Shown here: in pieces, positions 42,171-56,121 of the stretch
How the letters are laid out: each line of letters opens with the position of its first letter
How positions within the stretch are numbered: position 1 is the stretch's first letter
Assembly: GCF_000150275.1 (NCBI RefSeq)
Contig: NW_002060951.1
Span: 3,152,238 to 3,210,713 of the forward strand
Source: Trichoplax adhaerens
Lineage: Eukaryota; Animalia; Placozoa
Direction of reading: 5' to 3'
Length of the DNA stretch: 58,476 nt
Translations under genes and position numbers: made by a program
Notes under the pieces: generated by a model
The model's input: the letters and a program-made list of their open reading frames with translations, nothing else
What the model was told of the DNA's origin: nothing
Databases searched by the model: none

Positions 42171-45162
42171 GCTATTTACTCCCTTTGGAAGGAACGAAAA
42201 TTGTGTGACGTGACAATATATTCAGGGAATAAAAAGATAGAAGCGCATCGAATTATTCTTGCCGCTTGCTCTCCGTATTTTTGTGCGTTATTCACGTCCA
42301 ATTTAATTGAATCAGGACAAGCGAGTGTAACACTACACGAAATTGATGCGGATGCTTTAGAAGTTCTTATCCATTACGCTTATACTGCAGAAGTGGAAAT
42401 TTCGGAGGCCAATGTCCAGGTTATAATGTACATAAGATCTTTCATCTATGGCACATTTTGATTATTAATCCCATATGCAATTAGTCAGTCAATTTATAGT
42501 TTATCAGTTGTCTAAGCGATGCCATTCAAAATTTTTGTGCGTTATTTGTATAATTACTAAATTCGAGATATATGGAAATGCTGAAAAAGTTATGTTTTAC
42601 AACAGTTTTGGATATATACATATCTAACTGCGTGGGTCCCCAACAAAAACCATATGTAGAACCTACTCATATGGTTTAAGATCTGCAGTAGATTTCTTCT
42701 TTTTAAAAATTGGAGTTTAATATTTTGAATGCATTGATAACGTTGTCAAAGTATTACGTAGCAGAGTACTTCCGATTATTCAGTACTCTAGTGATAATGC
42801 CTGGATTCGATTAAACATTTCAGGCTCTACTTCCTGCGGCAAGCTTGTTACTGCTCCATGATGTACGAGAAAATTGCTGTGAATTTCTTCTTTCTAAATT
42901 GCATCCTTCGAATTGTCTTGGGTTCCGCCGTTTTGCCGACGTTCATTCTTGTCATGATCTCAAAGTAAAAGCGCATAATTTTGCATTAGGTACATTTACT
43001 GAAGTGGTAGAATTTGAAGAGTTTCTGAATCTACCATTAAGTGAAATCTGTGAGTTGGTTTCGGATGATGGAGTACGGGTGGCTTGCGAAGAGCAGGTTA
43101 GTTGTAAGCTCCTTCAAAATGTATGCTGCTTGAATTTAACGAAGCTGCACGCGATATAAGATTGTCTCTCAACTTTGCGTAGGATAAAATAGCCGTTAAA
43201 GTGCGTGTAGTTGCTTGAATTTTAACATTAGATCCTTCGCTATTAGCCTAAGTGACTAATAGACATCGTTAATAAAATGATCTATCTACTTCAATTTCGA
43301 AAGATTTTCGAAGCTGTGTTGAAATGGGTTCAGCATGATATTGCGCATCGGAGTGTCCATATGGCTGAATTATTTAGATATATTCGTTTGCCTTTGCTTC
43401 CTAAAGAGTATCTTGTAAATTTAGTGGAATCGGAGTTACTAAACGGTAGTAACTTAGAATGTAAAGACTTCCTAATTGAGGCTATGAAATTTCATTTACT
43501 CCCTAATCATCGGCGTGTTTCCTATCGCTCTCCGCGTACTAGGCCTCGTAAATTTTTTTCTAGTACCACGGTTAGTAGGGACGGATTTCTAACATTATCA
43601 CGCATTTAGAAGTACTGTACATAGTTCGAATAAAATTGAATAAATATCAGAGAGGCACATTCAATTTTTGTCTAGGTTATGTACGTGATTGGCGGACAGG
43701 CGCCGAAAGCGTTAAAAGGTGTTGAACGGTTTGATCGAGAAAGTAATAGTTGGACCGATGTAGCGCCAATGACGAGCCGCAGATGTCGCGCTGGTATGTG
43801 TATATGTACAAGTACTGTATATCCGTCGGCTTCGGTCCAATCACTTGTCATATTCCCTTTGATTGATATGTATTCCAAGATATGGTATTAGTTTTGTGGA
43901 TGTTCAGTAGTTCGTAATTATTTCTATTTCTAAAAATAGCTATATAACTGTGATAATGATAGGCGTGGCAGTGGTTGATGGATTGATATATGCCGTTGGT
44001 GGTTTTAATGGTTCTTTAAGAGTCCGGACTGTCGACAGTTATGATCCTATTAAGGATCTTTGGCAGCCGGTAGCTAGTATGGAATTGCGTAGGAGTACTT
44101 TAGGTTAGTTCCTTGCTTGATTATCTAACTGTACGGATTGTTAAATGATATTAATGATTAAATTTGTTCTTAGGTGTTGCAGAATTGAATGGCTCCATTT
44201 ATGCTATTGGGGGATTCGATGGCGCTACTGGCTTGAATAGTGCCGAGTGTTTTAATGTCATTACGAACTGCTGGAAAAATATCAGTCCAATGAATACGAG
44301 GCGTAGTAGTGTTGGTGTAGCTAGTTTGAATAGATATATATACGCAGTTGGTGGGTATGATGGCTCATCAAGGCAGTGTTTAAATTCGGTTGAGCAATAT
44401 GATCCTGCACTAGACGAGTGGAGATTCGTTCGTGAAATGAAAGTAAGGCGAAGCGGTGCAGGAGTTGGTAAGGATGTTCGTTTGTGCCTTAGGGTTAGGG
44501 TTAATCCTTAAAATGCTCATCCGTAACTGACCTAGATGTCAGTGCATTGGTTTTGAATTCTGATAAATACGATTTAGAATTTATATCGAGTGTTTGTAAA
44601 TATATTCAAGTGCAAACTTCGTAGTATGCCGGTAAACTCCACTTTCTTTCTCTAATCCGGAATTTCGTAAATCTGTTCAGCTGTCTTAGACGGGTTACTA
44701 TATGCTGTTGGTGGTCATGATGGACCTGATGTACGTAAAAGTGTAGAGTTTTATGACCCAGCTACTAATGAATGGACTGAAGCGGCGGAAATGAATCTTT
44801 GTCGTCGAAATGCAGGTGTTATTTAGTTTACTACTATCACACTGGATAATTTAACATGTTACCTGTATTTAATGTGCATATAGTATTTTCTAAACAGCAA
44901 TTTTAACAATAATTTTCTAAATGTCTTCGCATAAATTATAGCTGTTACCACTGTTGAGGGCTTGTTATATGTTTTTGGAGGTGATGATGGATCCAAAAAT
45001 CTAAACTCTGTCGAGTTCTACGATCCGTTTTGCAACAAGTGGACACTATCTGAGGAATCACTTGGAACTGGACGTAGTTATGCTGGTGCAGCGACCTTGC
45101 AGCTTCCGCGCCACCTTTCCTTACCAGGGGCATTCAGTAGTGACTGCGAGAGTAGCCTGTAG
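42171..45162 (+). CDS. KLHL2: Kelch-like BTB-BACK-Kelch protein (KLHL2/KLHL3/Drosophila kelch orthologue group); probable first exon at 41040 (ATG AGT CCT ACA AG|gt)
   Basis: BTB LCDVTI..AHRIILAACSPYFCALFT; BACK LHPSNCLG..; kelch repeats RRCRAGVA..VGGFNGSLRVRTVD, RRSTLGVA, RRSSVGV..GGYDGSSRQCLNSVE, RRSGAGV..GGHDGP.VRKSVE, CRRNAG..GGDDGSKNL, all diagnostic of KLHL2/3. 5' end unresolved. Confidence 0.93.
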
Positions 45163-46626
45163 CAGCCATATATGAGATTGAGAGAAGTGGTTACTAATAT
45201 TTAATATTAATATTAGGTTTCCAGAATATATTATTAGTACTTGATAACAAGCATATCTAATCATTTGTCAGTTCTGTCAATTAAACGCGATCATTGCTGT
45301 AAGGTACTATTGACAATTTAGCTAAACGATTTATTTTGGTACTGTATATATCGCTGCGGTAATGATATACCGTTTTACTGTTTAAATATACACGTGTACG
45401 AGTATATATTTTGAGAATTTAGTGGTTCATGGTAATCGATAAATTAATCAACAATGTGCTATGGATATTACCAATCGTTCTCTTCGATCTTTTGGATAAA
45501 TAAAGTTAATTGATATCGTAGGAAATGTAACTGGCTTGATTACTTTATTAGATTTTGGAGAACGCTAGAAAATAGCGTGCACGGCAGTTTTTATAGGCAC
45601 TGCAAAAATTAGTTGTTTTCATTTGCCAGGAAAGTAATAAATTTAAGATAACGGAAACAGTTGCTGCAATCTCTGGAAATGCCTAGATGGTGTCGCAAGT
45701 AATGCATGTTATTATTATTTTTGATTGATTTTAAATTAATTTAAAGATTTTGCCGTGAAACAGAGTCATTCAGTACCAATTATACCATAGGTCATTCCTT
45801 ATTGAGTACTGCTATAGTTCTCAATGTTTACGAAGCTAAAGCGGTTCCCCGGTTTTTAAGCCCCATCATACTTTTGCTCGGTTATAGATTTTTAATACAT
45901 TTATGTAAAGTAATAACAAATTTAAAATGTAAGATCATTAAAAGCTGTGATCAAATAGTCGCAATGATTTAACGAAATAAAATACATCCAGTAGTGTTGT
46001 ATTGATACAAAGACAAACGCATTTGCAAATCGGAAATTTATTACCAATTTTTACAAATTAAAGCATAAAATTCTACAACCAATACAAAAGATAAATTTGA
46101 GACCATAAAGCACTTGCCCATCCTTTCGCAAGCAATCTGTCATGGTCTCTAAGATATACAGTAAATATTTATATTCAACGTAAAGACATCTAGCAATTAC
46201 TAAGTAGTACATAGGCCGTTCTTTCAGAAACAAATTGCTTGATTAGAATAAGTATTATGTCTGCATTAACGGTCAATTCGGTAAAATTAGTAGGATTTAA
46301 GCGTGTCACATCTCTTGCGTACTAGGGGATAGATTTAACTCATTTATTAAGACTATCCGTACGCCGTGCATACGTGCAGATCGAAGGGTGTCAATACTAC
46401 TAATAATTTTGCTATGGTATGATTGAAGCACGTTACTCTGTTGTTGTAGTAGCCGTCATTATTATCAATAGTTATATGATATTTAATAGAAAAAGCTTGT
46501 CTGTCCATTGAGTCTTAACAATTCGATATCACCTTAAAGCAAAATACATGCGACGACACAATCATATGGCATTTAACCGATAATAATAACCACTCGAATA
46601 ACAAATAAGTTTACTACCATCAAGCG

Positions 46627-48345
46627 CTAAATTTTATACATATGTCTAGCGGTTGATCCAGTCTTGTTTGATGTAGCGACATGACTCTGCAATTTTCAAG
46701 GGATTATAATTTAGCAAACAGTTTGAACTACGAAGTATCAGGAATAGAAGTCCCTGGAAGTACTACTAAAATTGCTGCAATATAAATTACAGATTTGCGT
46801 TAGACAATTGTAGTATACCTCATATACGAGGGGCGGTTTATCATGAGCGGATCCTGGAAATAGTTTTTCTTTAAAAAGACGCCTATTGCATATCGAATCA
46901 CAAAAATAATCATTTATCAAATCAAATCATCAGAATAGTACTCTAATAAAGCAGAAAACAATCATAGTATACCCGATTCCAAGTATTCTGTCTTTATGAG
47001 TTGCATCTGTAGTCCAGATTGCTAACTTATCGGCTTTGCCTCTAATCTGGATGTAAGCTCCACAAATATCGTCACCGTTATCACCGAACATTTCCCCAAT
47101 AAGACAAAATAGCTACGAGCATAAGAATTGTGTTATTGCTAAGCTGAATATAAAGGTAAAGATTTTAATTAAGTTCAAATTCAAAAAAACGGCAGCACAA
47201 ATGTCCTGCGAATATTACAGTTTCAAGCCAAAGAGAATCTAAACTCTTTCGTCTATCCTTAGCTAGCTGTAGTAGCCATCTACCCCCTTTTTTATTTCGT
47301 TCATCTTCCCACATTGGTGAGATATTATCCTAAACGAATCAGTACGGGTAACATGTTAGATGAGATACCTAGGTTACGGCATTGCAAATCAGCTAATAAG
47401 GTAATTAGAGTAAATTAGATAGCAAAGATTCAGTAGTATAACATGATATGTTTCGTATCTACCGTACTAACCAGTCGCTACATGCAAATAAAATGTTTAA
47501 AATTCACATTGCTATAGTAACTATCTGTATGGGATTCACATATTGATAATTCTAAAGGACGCTCTAGATAATTTCCTTGGAAAGGCTATATGTACTCTCG
47601 AATATTAAGGGTTTTATCATCGTACCTTAAATAAGCAGTAATCACAACCAGCTTTCAGGTCGCTAGGCTTAACAACATGGTTAAAAAGTCTATCATGGAA
47701 ATAAAGCCAACAATTTCATAATTTAATATAAGTTTTAGTGTATAGCTCGAGAAGTTATAAATTGAATTGCATTAGGACGATTATAGAGCAACTAAACACG
47801 AAGCAATTGGCGACATATTGCTATAAAGCTAGTCACTATAGACTTCTTAGATAAGCCATGGACGGTATCGCACTTACGCCCAAAAGTCTTCTACCTATTT
47901 CAAATCGGTTAAAATAATTTTGTATAAGGAAAAAAATTAATTCGCGGTTGAGTAGTAGAGCAAAAAATACGTAGGTACAGTATATCGAATAATGGAAACT
48001 TGTAAAACTACACTTAAACATACATTATCAAAGGAGGCTATTTGCTTCATGTTGTCCTCCCAACTTTTATTTTTGTCGTATTTAATATACCATAACTTCC
48101 ACTGGTTTTGGAGCGGGTGCTTTGGTAGAAAACTGCCTTCAATGTTTTTTGCATCTTTATCTTTAACAACTTTATTTTCTGCTTGCTGTACCTATTGAAC
48201 ATGCATTGAAGAATGTATTTAATTTATACAAGCAGATCATGCTTTACAAATAAGGAACAGAAGGAATAACAGTGACAATTATATATATATTCATTACCTC
48301 TTGAGTACTAGCTTCCTTTTCTAATTCCTGTGGCTCACATTCCAT
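46627..48345 (-). CDS. EIF4E: Eukaryotic translation initiation factor 4E, class I, 8 exons
   Basis: KHPLQNQWKLW..KSWEDN..FDN/VEDFWA/LFNH..GCDYCLFK/DNISPMWEDERNKKGGRW..DSLWLET/LFCLIGEMF..DICGA..RGKADKLAIWT../..YE/SHVATSNKTGSTARHMYKI*. Confidence 0.96.
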
Positions 48346-48362
48346 TTCAGATTCAATATGCA

Positions 48363-48963
48363 GTACTGTACCACCTACTGTACTTTGCAACGATCCAATA
48401 AACCTTCAAAAGATTCAATTTAGTGTTTCAACTACAGTGACACTGCTTCAACGTGAATTATATTTATACAGTAAGTATTATTATAATTATAGTAGAGCAG
48501 TATTGTAGTGTAAAAATACTGCGCTGTACTGTACTTGGTGTACAACTGTATGCAAGTTCACACGTGCCGTGGTGCCAGCTGAGATTTCTTTTAATTTAAA
48601 AAGAAATGCTAAAACTTTTGCGAGGTTTAAGTGCCACTGTACCGCGTACAGTACAGTACTGTACCGATGAATTAATTGCCGCGATCCGTCGGCAAGTACT
48701 GTACTGTACAGTACAGTACTGTATAGTACGGTACGGTACATTCGGAGTGGCTGCTACAGTATACAGTTCTGTACTGTTTACTGTACAGTACAGTACTACT
48801 GTACTGTAGTGTACGTACAGTACTGTATACTGTACTGTACATTACAGGCCGCATAGTACAGATTGGTGCAGCGTTGTGTTTCTTTCCTCTCTGAGAGGAA
48901 ATCGCCGACTAGTGTACAGTACAGTATACTGTATACCGCTCTAAAGTACTGTACTGTACTGTA
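48363..48963. promoter_or_regulatory. (TACAG/CTGTA)n island in the eIF4E/STAMBP bidirectional promoter
   Basis: e.g. gtactgtactgtacagtacagtactgtatagtac (~48696-48729), between divergent ATGs at 48345 and 49052. Confidence 0.6.
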
Positions 48964-49051
48964 TCTAGACAGTTGTGGATCAAGGGTTTATAAATAGTTC
49001 ACAACAGCCTTCGTACTTTACATTTACCGTCATCCTGTAAGCAGATCTAAA

Positions 49052-52000
49052 ATGATGTCATCAGAATCGGCAACTCCTCCAGCTGAGCGTTTGCAGTCTC
49101 TGTCTGCTGTTGGAGCTTCTGTTGAGATAAAAAAAGATATTTCCCCTATAAAATATTTTAGGAGCGGTATTCAAATGGAGAAAGTGGTATGTGTAATGTC
49201 ATATACTGCGATATAATATTGTAGTAGTAATTATTTCTGGTATTTTATAACAGTGCCACTAAATAACATTTCATTTGAATGAAGTCCATTGTACTGAGCA
49301 TTTTATTATTGTGGATGAAGCTGCAAATACGGCATGTACTTTACTGTGCCGATTGTGATTTACGACTGCTATTGAGTTACGACCGATAAACATAGTACAA
49401 TATCAATCTGAAGATGTTGGGATATTAGCGCCGTTTTACTACATCTACAATTAATAGTCAAAGTTATTCATTACTGCCTTGGATTGTTAAATATCATATA
49501 TTTTTCGATTAGTAAACTAGTGCGCACGCTTCGCGCTACTGACGTTATGAAAAACTAAAAATCATCGTAGGTACAGCAAATATGATTTCTGTAATAAATA
49601 AAATAGAATTCGTGATTAAAAATAGTATACTACTACAGTACTCGTACTACTGTAAGCTCAATGGAGTAAAATGTTACACAGTACAGCTAAAAATTATAAG
49701 TAATAAAATGCAGTACGAGTATATGCCGTATTTACTATTAGCCTTACCCACACACGATGTTGTGCGAAAGAGACTTCTGATCGTATTAATCATTAATTGA
49801 TATTAGTTTTAGAACACTGTCATACCTGTTAGTATACAGTACTCTAAATTATAACCAGCATGTAACTGGCCGTTGGCTATACTGTTCTGATTACAAATTT
49901 CGGTAGTATTAGCTGCTGATCTTTTCGCGATGATTGATATGCAAGTTACAGTTTGTAATATTAACAAGAAGTTTAGCTGTTGTTAAGGTTGATTATTTGA
50001 TTATGTTATTGCTCATTTAATTGATTACAGTAATTAAGCATATTTTAAGAGGAAATCGACTTATGGGTTAGCGCCAAGGTCAGCAAGTAGGCCTTTGAGT
50101 GAGTAATATGGAGTGACAATAGGTCACTTGAGGACTAAGTTCATTTATGAGTTTCCCTGCCCTTCACTTAGCGTTTGTTATGCTAATTATATATATTTTA
50201 TTGACTATCACGAAGTATCAGAATGGAATGTTGCGATAGTCCTGTAATTTGAAATACTATATCTACATTTTAAATTTTATCTATGGTTTGTTAGGCTAGA
50301 GCCTATGCTAAGGAAGGTGACTTAGAAAGAGCTTACAAAATACTGCATAGGTTTATCACGTAAGATGTTGTATTTATATACTAAAATGTAAAGTACTGTG
50401 GATGTATTGTCTTATCGCAGTATTAGCGTTAACATTTCTATATGTTTATGTAGATTATTTATTGAAAAATTACCGAAACATCCGTTATACAAAAAAGCTG
50501 AAGCATCTAGGATGAAGGAATATTCAAAAGTAATGTTTAAGTACGGATTTCGGATTAAGTGCTATGGAATTAGCTACTTTAGGTTTACTCATTAATACCA
50601 GAGGGTGCGATATAAGTATAAGTATATTTTATCACAATGATATAAGGAGGTCGGTTACCGAAATTCGTAAATTCTAATCTTAGAAAATTCACGGGGCATT
50701 GGATTTGGCATCAGATATAAAACAGCGTCTTTCAGATCAGTATGCTACGGAGTATCAGTCATTTTTGGTAAATATTTTGATGCAATAGTTGGTACTTATA
50801 TTTGCTTTCAAGTTTAATTAATATCTTTCTTTTTTATTTGTGGTATTCAGGAAAGACAGAAAAGAAATGAGATTGCAAAATTAGCTGAAGCTCAAAGCAA
50901 ACAAGAGGAATGCAAAGATTATAATTTGAAGTCTGTTACCATGGATCCTGTAACGGATGATAGCCAGTCTGCTTTGATGGTTATTGAGGAGCAACATCCT
51001 GAAGTAGGCGCATTACGACGGTTACACTGTGATACTGTCTATTAATTTATGATTTTGCTATTAGAAGAGGCACGCAGTTCAACCGTAACTTTTGTATAGA
51101 TGGTCGAAATTAACCTGAGTCGTCTTTCTGACATATTTGCACTCTCTATTTAGGATTCTATGAGCGATTACTGCAAACCAAAGCAGAATTATGAATCGTC
51201 CAGCAGCATGTAAACTAAAGAAATTAATCTTACCGAAATTATTCTGTATAAATTTATTTTTAATAAGCGATATTTAGTTAATTTACCTATCACTTAATTT
51301 TTATCACAATAACAAATATATAGCGATTCATCGAATTATATACTCGAGCAGAGGAAGCCTTCAGTGGATAGATCATTAAAGCCTGCAACAAATATTAACG
51401 AGATAGGTCCTTATCTTTCCAATAAACATTCTTTATAGTCGTTTTTAAAGAAAATGGTTGTACTAAATGATAAGAAACATCATTATTTCACAGATTTACG
51501 GTAAAGTAATACTCTGCATCGTTTATGTTTACAGTGTCTCCGACTCTGGATGGGCTGAGGTGTGTTAAAATTCCTGAACGTCTGCCTGAATATTTCTTAG
51601 CTGTGGTACAAAAAAATACTGCTTCTAACATTGAGACTTGCGGAATATTGAGCGGCCATTTGGTAATTTTTAAAATTAATAATAGATGGGTTTGTGATAG
51701 TTGTTACTTTGTGGCAAATATTAACCCTGTAACGTTCAAATTAAATGGGATAAACAATGCTAGATGAAGGAGGTGTTTCAAGTAACTCACGTGATAATAC
51801 CAAAGCAGCACGGAACCGCAGACAGTTGCACAACTGAGGAAGAGGAAGAAATTTTCGATTATCAAGACAGTAGAGATTTAGTCACTCTTGGTTGGATTCA
51901 CGTTAGTTTAAGTTATTTTAACATTTTGCTAATGAAATGAATTAAGTATCTGCAACATAAGGAGAGAATATCAAGCTTTAATTTAAATTCATTTTATTCT

Positions 52001-52604
52001 TGCTCTTTAAGTAGCAATAATCACTTAGGTCGGCTTAAACACTAATCTAGGTGATAGCTACAGAAAAGATGATAGGCTCTTGTGATAACTGATGGGGTAT
52101 TAAAACTTACCTTTCGACAGTAAAGAGATAAAATTGATGCTTTTTTGTTAAATAGACTCACCCATCCCAAACTAGCTTTCTATCAAGCGTCGATCTACAT
52201 ACTCAATATTCATACCAAATAATGATGCCAGAGGCCATAGCTATTGTCTGTGCTCCAAGATATAATCAGTAGGCACTACTACAGATAGCATCATTGTATT
52301 AACGGTAGTCATAGTTAGATGGCTTCACACCAGACTTGATATATTGTAATTCTTCAGGACAGGGTACTTTACTTTAACAAGAGATGATGGTCTAGATATC
52401 ATTGGAAATTGTAAAGAAGTCGGATTTCACCCACATCCAAGTCATCCAATACTATTTGAGGTTGGTTTGAATATTTAAAATATTTGCCCTTGAATGCATT
52501 TTTGGCAATAATTTAATACGCAGCAATTTCAAATGTAGGAATGTAAACATATCTGCCTTGATTCTACACATGAAGTACAACTTGTTGACCTTAGGAGCAC
52601 CTAG
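49052..52604 (+). CDS. STAMBP: STAM-binding protein / AMSH, JAMM/MPN+ deubiquitinase
   Basis: N-terminal ..[14 protein letters not shown]../[10 protein letters not shown]; SH3-binding motif PSVDRSLKP (~51356-51385); catalytic [53 protein letters not shown]. Confidence 0.96.
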
Positions 52605-55525
52605 ACTAGAAGATAGTGATATGGGTTTTAGATGGAAATCGTTATAGTAAATTCTTTTTTACGAAAGCTGGCAAACACTGCATCGTCAAAAGTTGCCTAA
52701 CATCGATGATTATTAGAATGTGTATATTGTGAGGGTGTGGCGCTAAGTGATGATATACCGTCTGCAAAATACAAAGTATGAGATTTATTAGAGTATGGCC
52801 AATTTTATTTGAGCTGTCACGAACTACGGTACTACAAATATAAGTATTGATAGACTTTCAGTTTGCAATAGCAAGCACATGGTACACCAACGAGGTTACA
52901 AGATCTCGTGCTAATAATGAGCTCGCAGAAAGTAACGTAGAACTGTGATTGGAATTTACCAACTAGAGACTTACTGTCTCCCTGTTGAGAATTTTAGTCT
53001 CAATTCCTAATTTAAAATTCAGATGATAGTAAATTTGTACTGTACAGTATTATGTATTTCCAGTAAGGATTTACAACTTTCTCGAGAGTCTACATTTGAA
53101 AAGCGATTATAAATGTTTAATGGCACCTCGTAATAAATATTGATATCGATGTTAACTGAACTTGTTTGAAGTGTAAAGGTTTTTCTAGTTAGTACTCCAG
53201 ACAGAAGATGCCTTATAATTTTGACGTCAGCAGAACTTAATGGTAAAGTAATTATTCTACTTTTGACGGTTATAGAGCTAATACAGTAATCCTGATCATT
53301 TAAAGGTTTTCTGGTATTTCCTACTATTAACACTCTTTCGCTACATTTCGGTTACAACTCGATATATTGGTGTGTAGTACCGTACTTTACAACATTGTAC
53401 TATAAGTGCAGTGGAATGACGGAATACATCACATTTTTGATATTGCAGTCTGTATCACTACATACTATACAGTATATTGTAAAACAAAAGTTGCGATATT
53501 CTGTCTATACATGCATACTGAGTTGAAAGTAGATGAATAGAAATACTATTCGGTACTTTCATTAAATAGCCACAATTAGCATGATTTACCGTGAATATCT
53601 TACGCCAAGGCAAGTGCAGATAATATATAATTATAATAAGAGAATTTACTACTGGTTGCTTCAGCAGAGCAATAAGGTTCTTAAGTAATACTATACTGCA
53701 CTCCCAGTGTTACAGGTTTATCCTAACAGTGAGTATAGTACCTAACGCACAGAATCCTACCATTAAAAAATGCCCTATGTCATGGAAGAATCAATGATGT
53801 AAAAAGTTTTAGTCTTCATTAAACGTTTGAAACGGCCAAGGATATCGTATCTCAAGTCAACCTTACTACGACATGTAACCGTCCCTAAGCCAGACATTAG
53901 ATTAAAGGTAAAATTTAAAATACTACGGCTTTTCTCGTGACCAACTGTGCAAATAGCATTCTCAACTTATAGATCACTTGGTGGTACTACAGAAACTTCT
54001 AATACTGCTAGTAAAAAATTGTAGAAAAGAATAAGATTTATAGTAATCATGGAGCAGTAGATTTTAAACTTACTGTAATCACGATAACTCTTTCGATCCA
54101 ACGAAACTGGTGACCAGAATCAGCTATTTTTAATCGTGTTTTTATATTAAATAATCAAATATCAACCAATAAAACGATTATGAGAAAAGTATACTGTCGC
54201 TATAATGATCAATAGATTAACACTTTGCTAAAGATATTAATACAAAATGCGAAAATTTACAGCATCGACTAAGGAAAGTATCAGTAAAAAATTTAAAATG
54301 TTTATTAACGATAGAGGTACAGCTGGATATCGGAGAGGTGGCTAGTTTGTATGGTATAAAAATACTTACTACTATGCTATAGATTATAAATATTATTAGA
54401 CTTTCCGTAACAGAAGTGTGGGTATCTTGCTTCCGTATAACTAACTCATCTTCTCGAATTCTTTACTACTCCGATACAAAGGTGCCAAACTGTATCACCT
54501 TTCCTATACTATGCAGAGTTGTCAGTGGTATCTTAGCTTTAGAATTAAAATTGAACTAATCATAAAGTAGTCTTAAGCTGCTACAACTGATTAAAAAAGT
54601 TAAGATAGATTCTACCAGTGATTCTAAATCGATTCTCTCTAATTAAAGTGCAAATTTTATTATATAGACAAAAAGATTCTATCAGTATAATTAACGTACA
54701 TCGTATACGCTTATACGTTTTATATCGGTTAAATTATACCTTGCAATACAAAATCGTAATACTTAAAAAAAATTAAGATTATGTAACAATGATAAATCAT
54801 AACTTGGATAAAGATTACGATTCGATTTTATGTTGAAGAAAAATATTCAAATGCTTTGAAAGCGGTATCAATTTATTTTTTACCGCATAACCGCGGCTAA
54901 GTAGATTCAGTAGCCATCTAATAATTCTAGTATGTGGTACTTTGCTATTATGCGTACACTTATGATGTTCGGTTGTATCAAAGTTCAAATAAAAAAAAAC
55001 AGTTCAAACTAGATCTAACCATGCACGGTGTCCTAAAGTATGCTTAGTGTACAATCGTAAAAGTAATTACTATTGCGCTCAATGACTCAAGTCTTATGAA
55101 TCAACGGTAATTCAACAGTTATTTATGATATCATGATTATGTTAATTATTTATTTTTCTGATATCAGAGCAAGTTCCATTTTGGAGTTATTTTTTAATGG
55201 CATACTTCGTATTAAATCATATTTTAATAACCTGCAAAGTTAATAGGGTATACAGAGAGATCCTAATGTAAGATACAGTTTTATGAGTACTTATACTTTA
55301 TTTAGTTGCAGTCTAATCTTTAGAATGAATCATGTATTAAAATTCCGTAAGATGTTACAGTATAAGGTTAAACTGATAGTTTAATTATTATGAAATCGAG
55401 CATCTTTTGATCCGTACGGCGTATCTTAAATATTAAGAGTCAGGTTAAAACATTTGCAACGTAGTAAATTCTTAGCGATCACTAAAGCTAGCTCATACAG
55501 TAATATGTAATTATAATAGTTGATT

Positions 55526-56121
55526 TGGCTAAAGGATAGAATAGCGGCAAACTTGTGGTGTTTATGTGGAAAATACTACTCGATTGCTATATCGCTATCG
55601 AAATGCCGCGTGAACATATTACGCAAATTGAACACTTAGTATTTAGGATAGTAATAAATAACGAGATTTTGTAGGTACCGTAGTTGCCTTTTAGTCGCAC
55701 ATTAGGAAACATTAAGTTACGTTGAAGAAAATCTATCTTTGATTACTGCAGTAATTAAATCAAGCGATTAATATTAGTGCAACATCATCTTTTTGCCATT
55801 GTTTTAAAATCGCCTAACGAACCTGGCTAAAGGATAGAACAGCGGCAAACTCGTGATGTTTATGTGGAAAATACTACTCGATTGCTATATCGCTAGCGAA
55901 ATACCGCATGAACATATTGCGCTAATTGAACATTCAGTATTTGGGATAGTAATAAATAACGAGATATTGTAGGTACCGTAGTTGTCTTTTAGTCGTACAT
56001 TAGGAAACATTAACGTACGTTAAAGAAATCTATCTTTGATTACTGCTGTAATTAAATGAAGTGATTAATATTAGTGCAACATCATCTTTTTGCCGTAGTT
56101 TTAAAATCACCTAATGGATCC
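55526..56121 (+). repeat. Subtelomeric head-to-tail duplication, 2 x ~298 bp
   Basis: tggctaaaggatagaa..gcggcaaac starts at 55526 and 55824; the copies align throughout with scattered substitutions. Confidence 0.95.

Noticed and set aside
48487-48854. ORFs rich in YCTVQ/STVL (also 19514-19792, 35151-35483, most of 15848-16036)
   Set aside because: Translation artefacts of the pentamer islands, which are poor in stop codons.
55159-55170. TGATATCAGAGC resembling a tRNA-Met primer-binding site (TGGTATCAGAGC)
   Set aside because: Mismatch in the invariant TGG, no adjacent LTR end, and 2.2 kb from the gag remnant.
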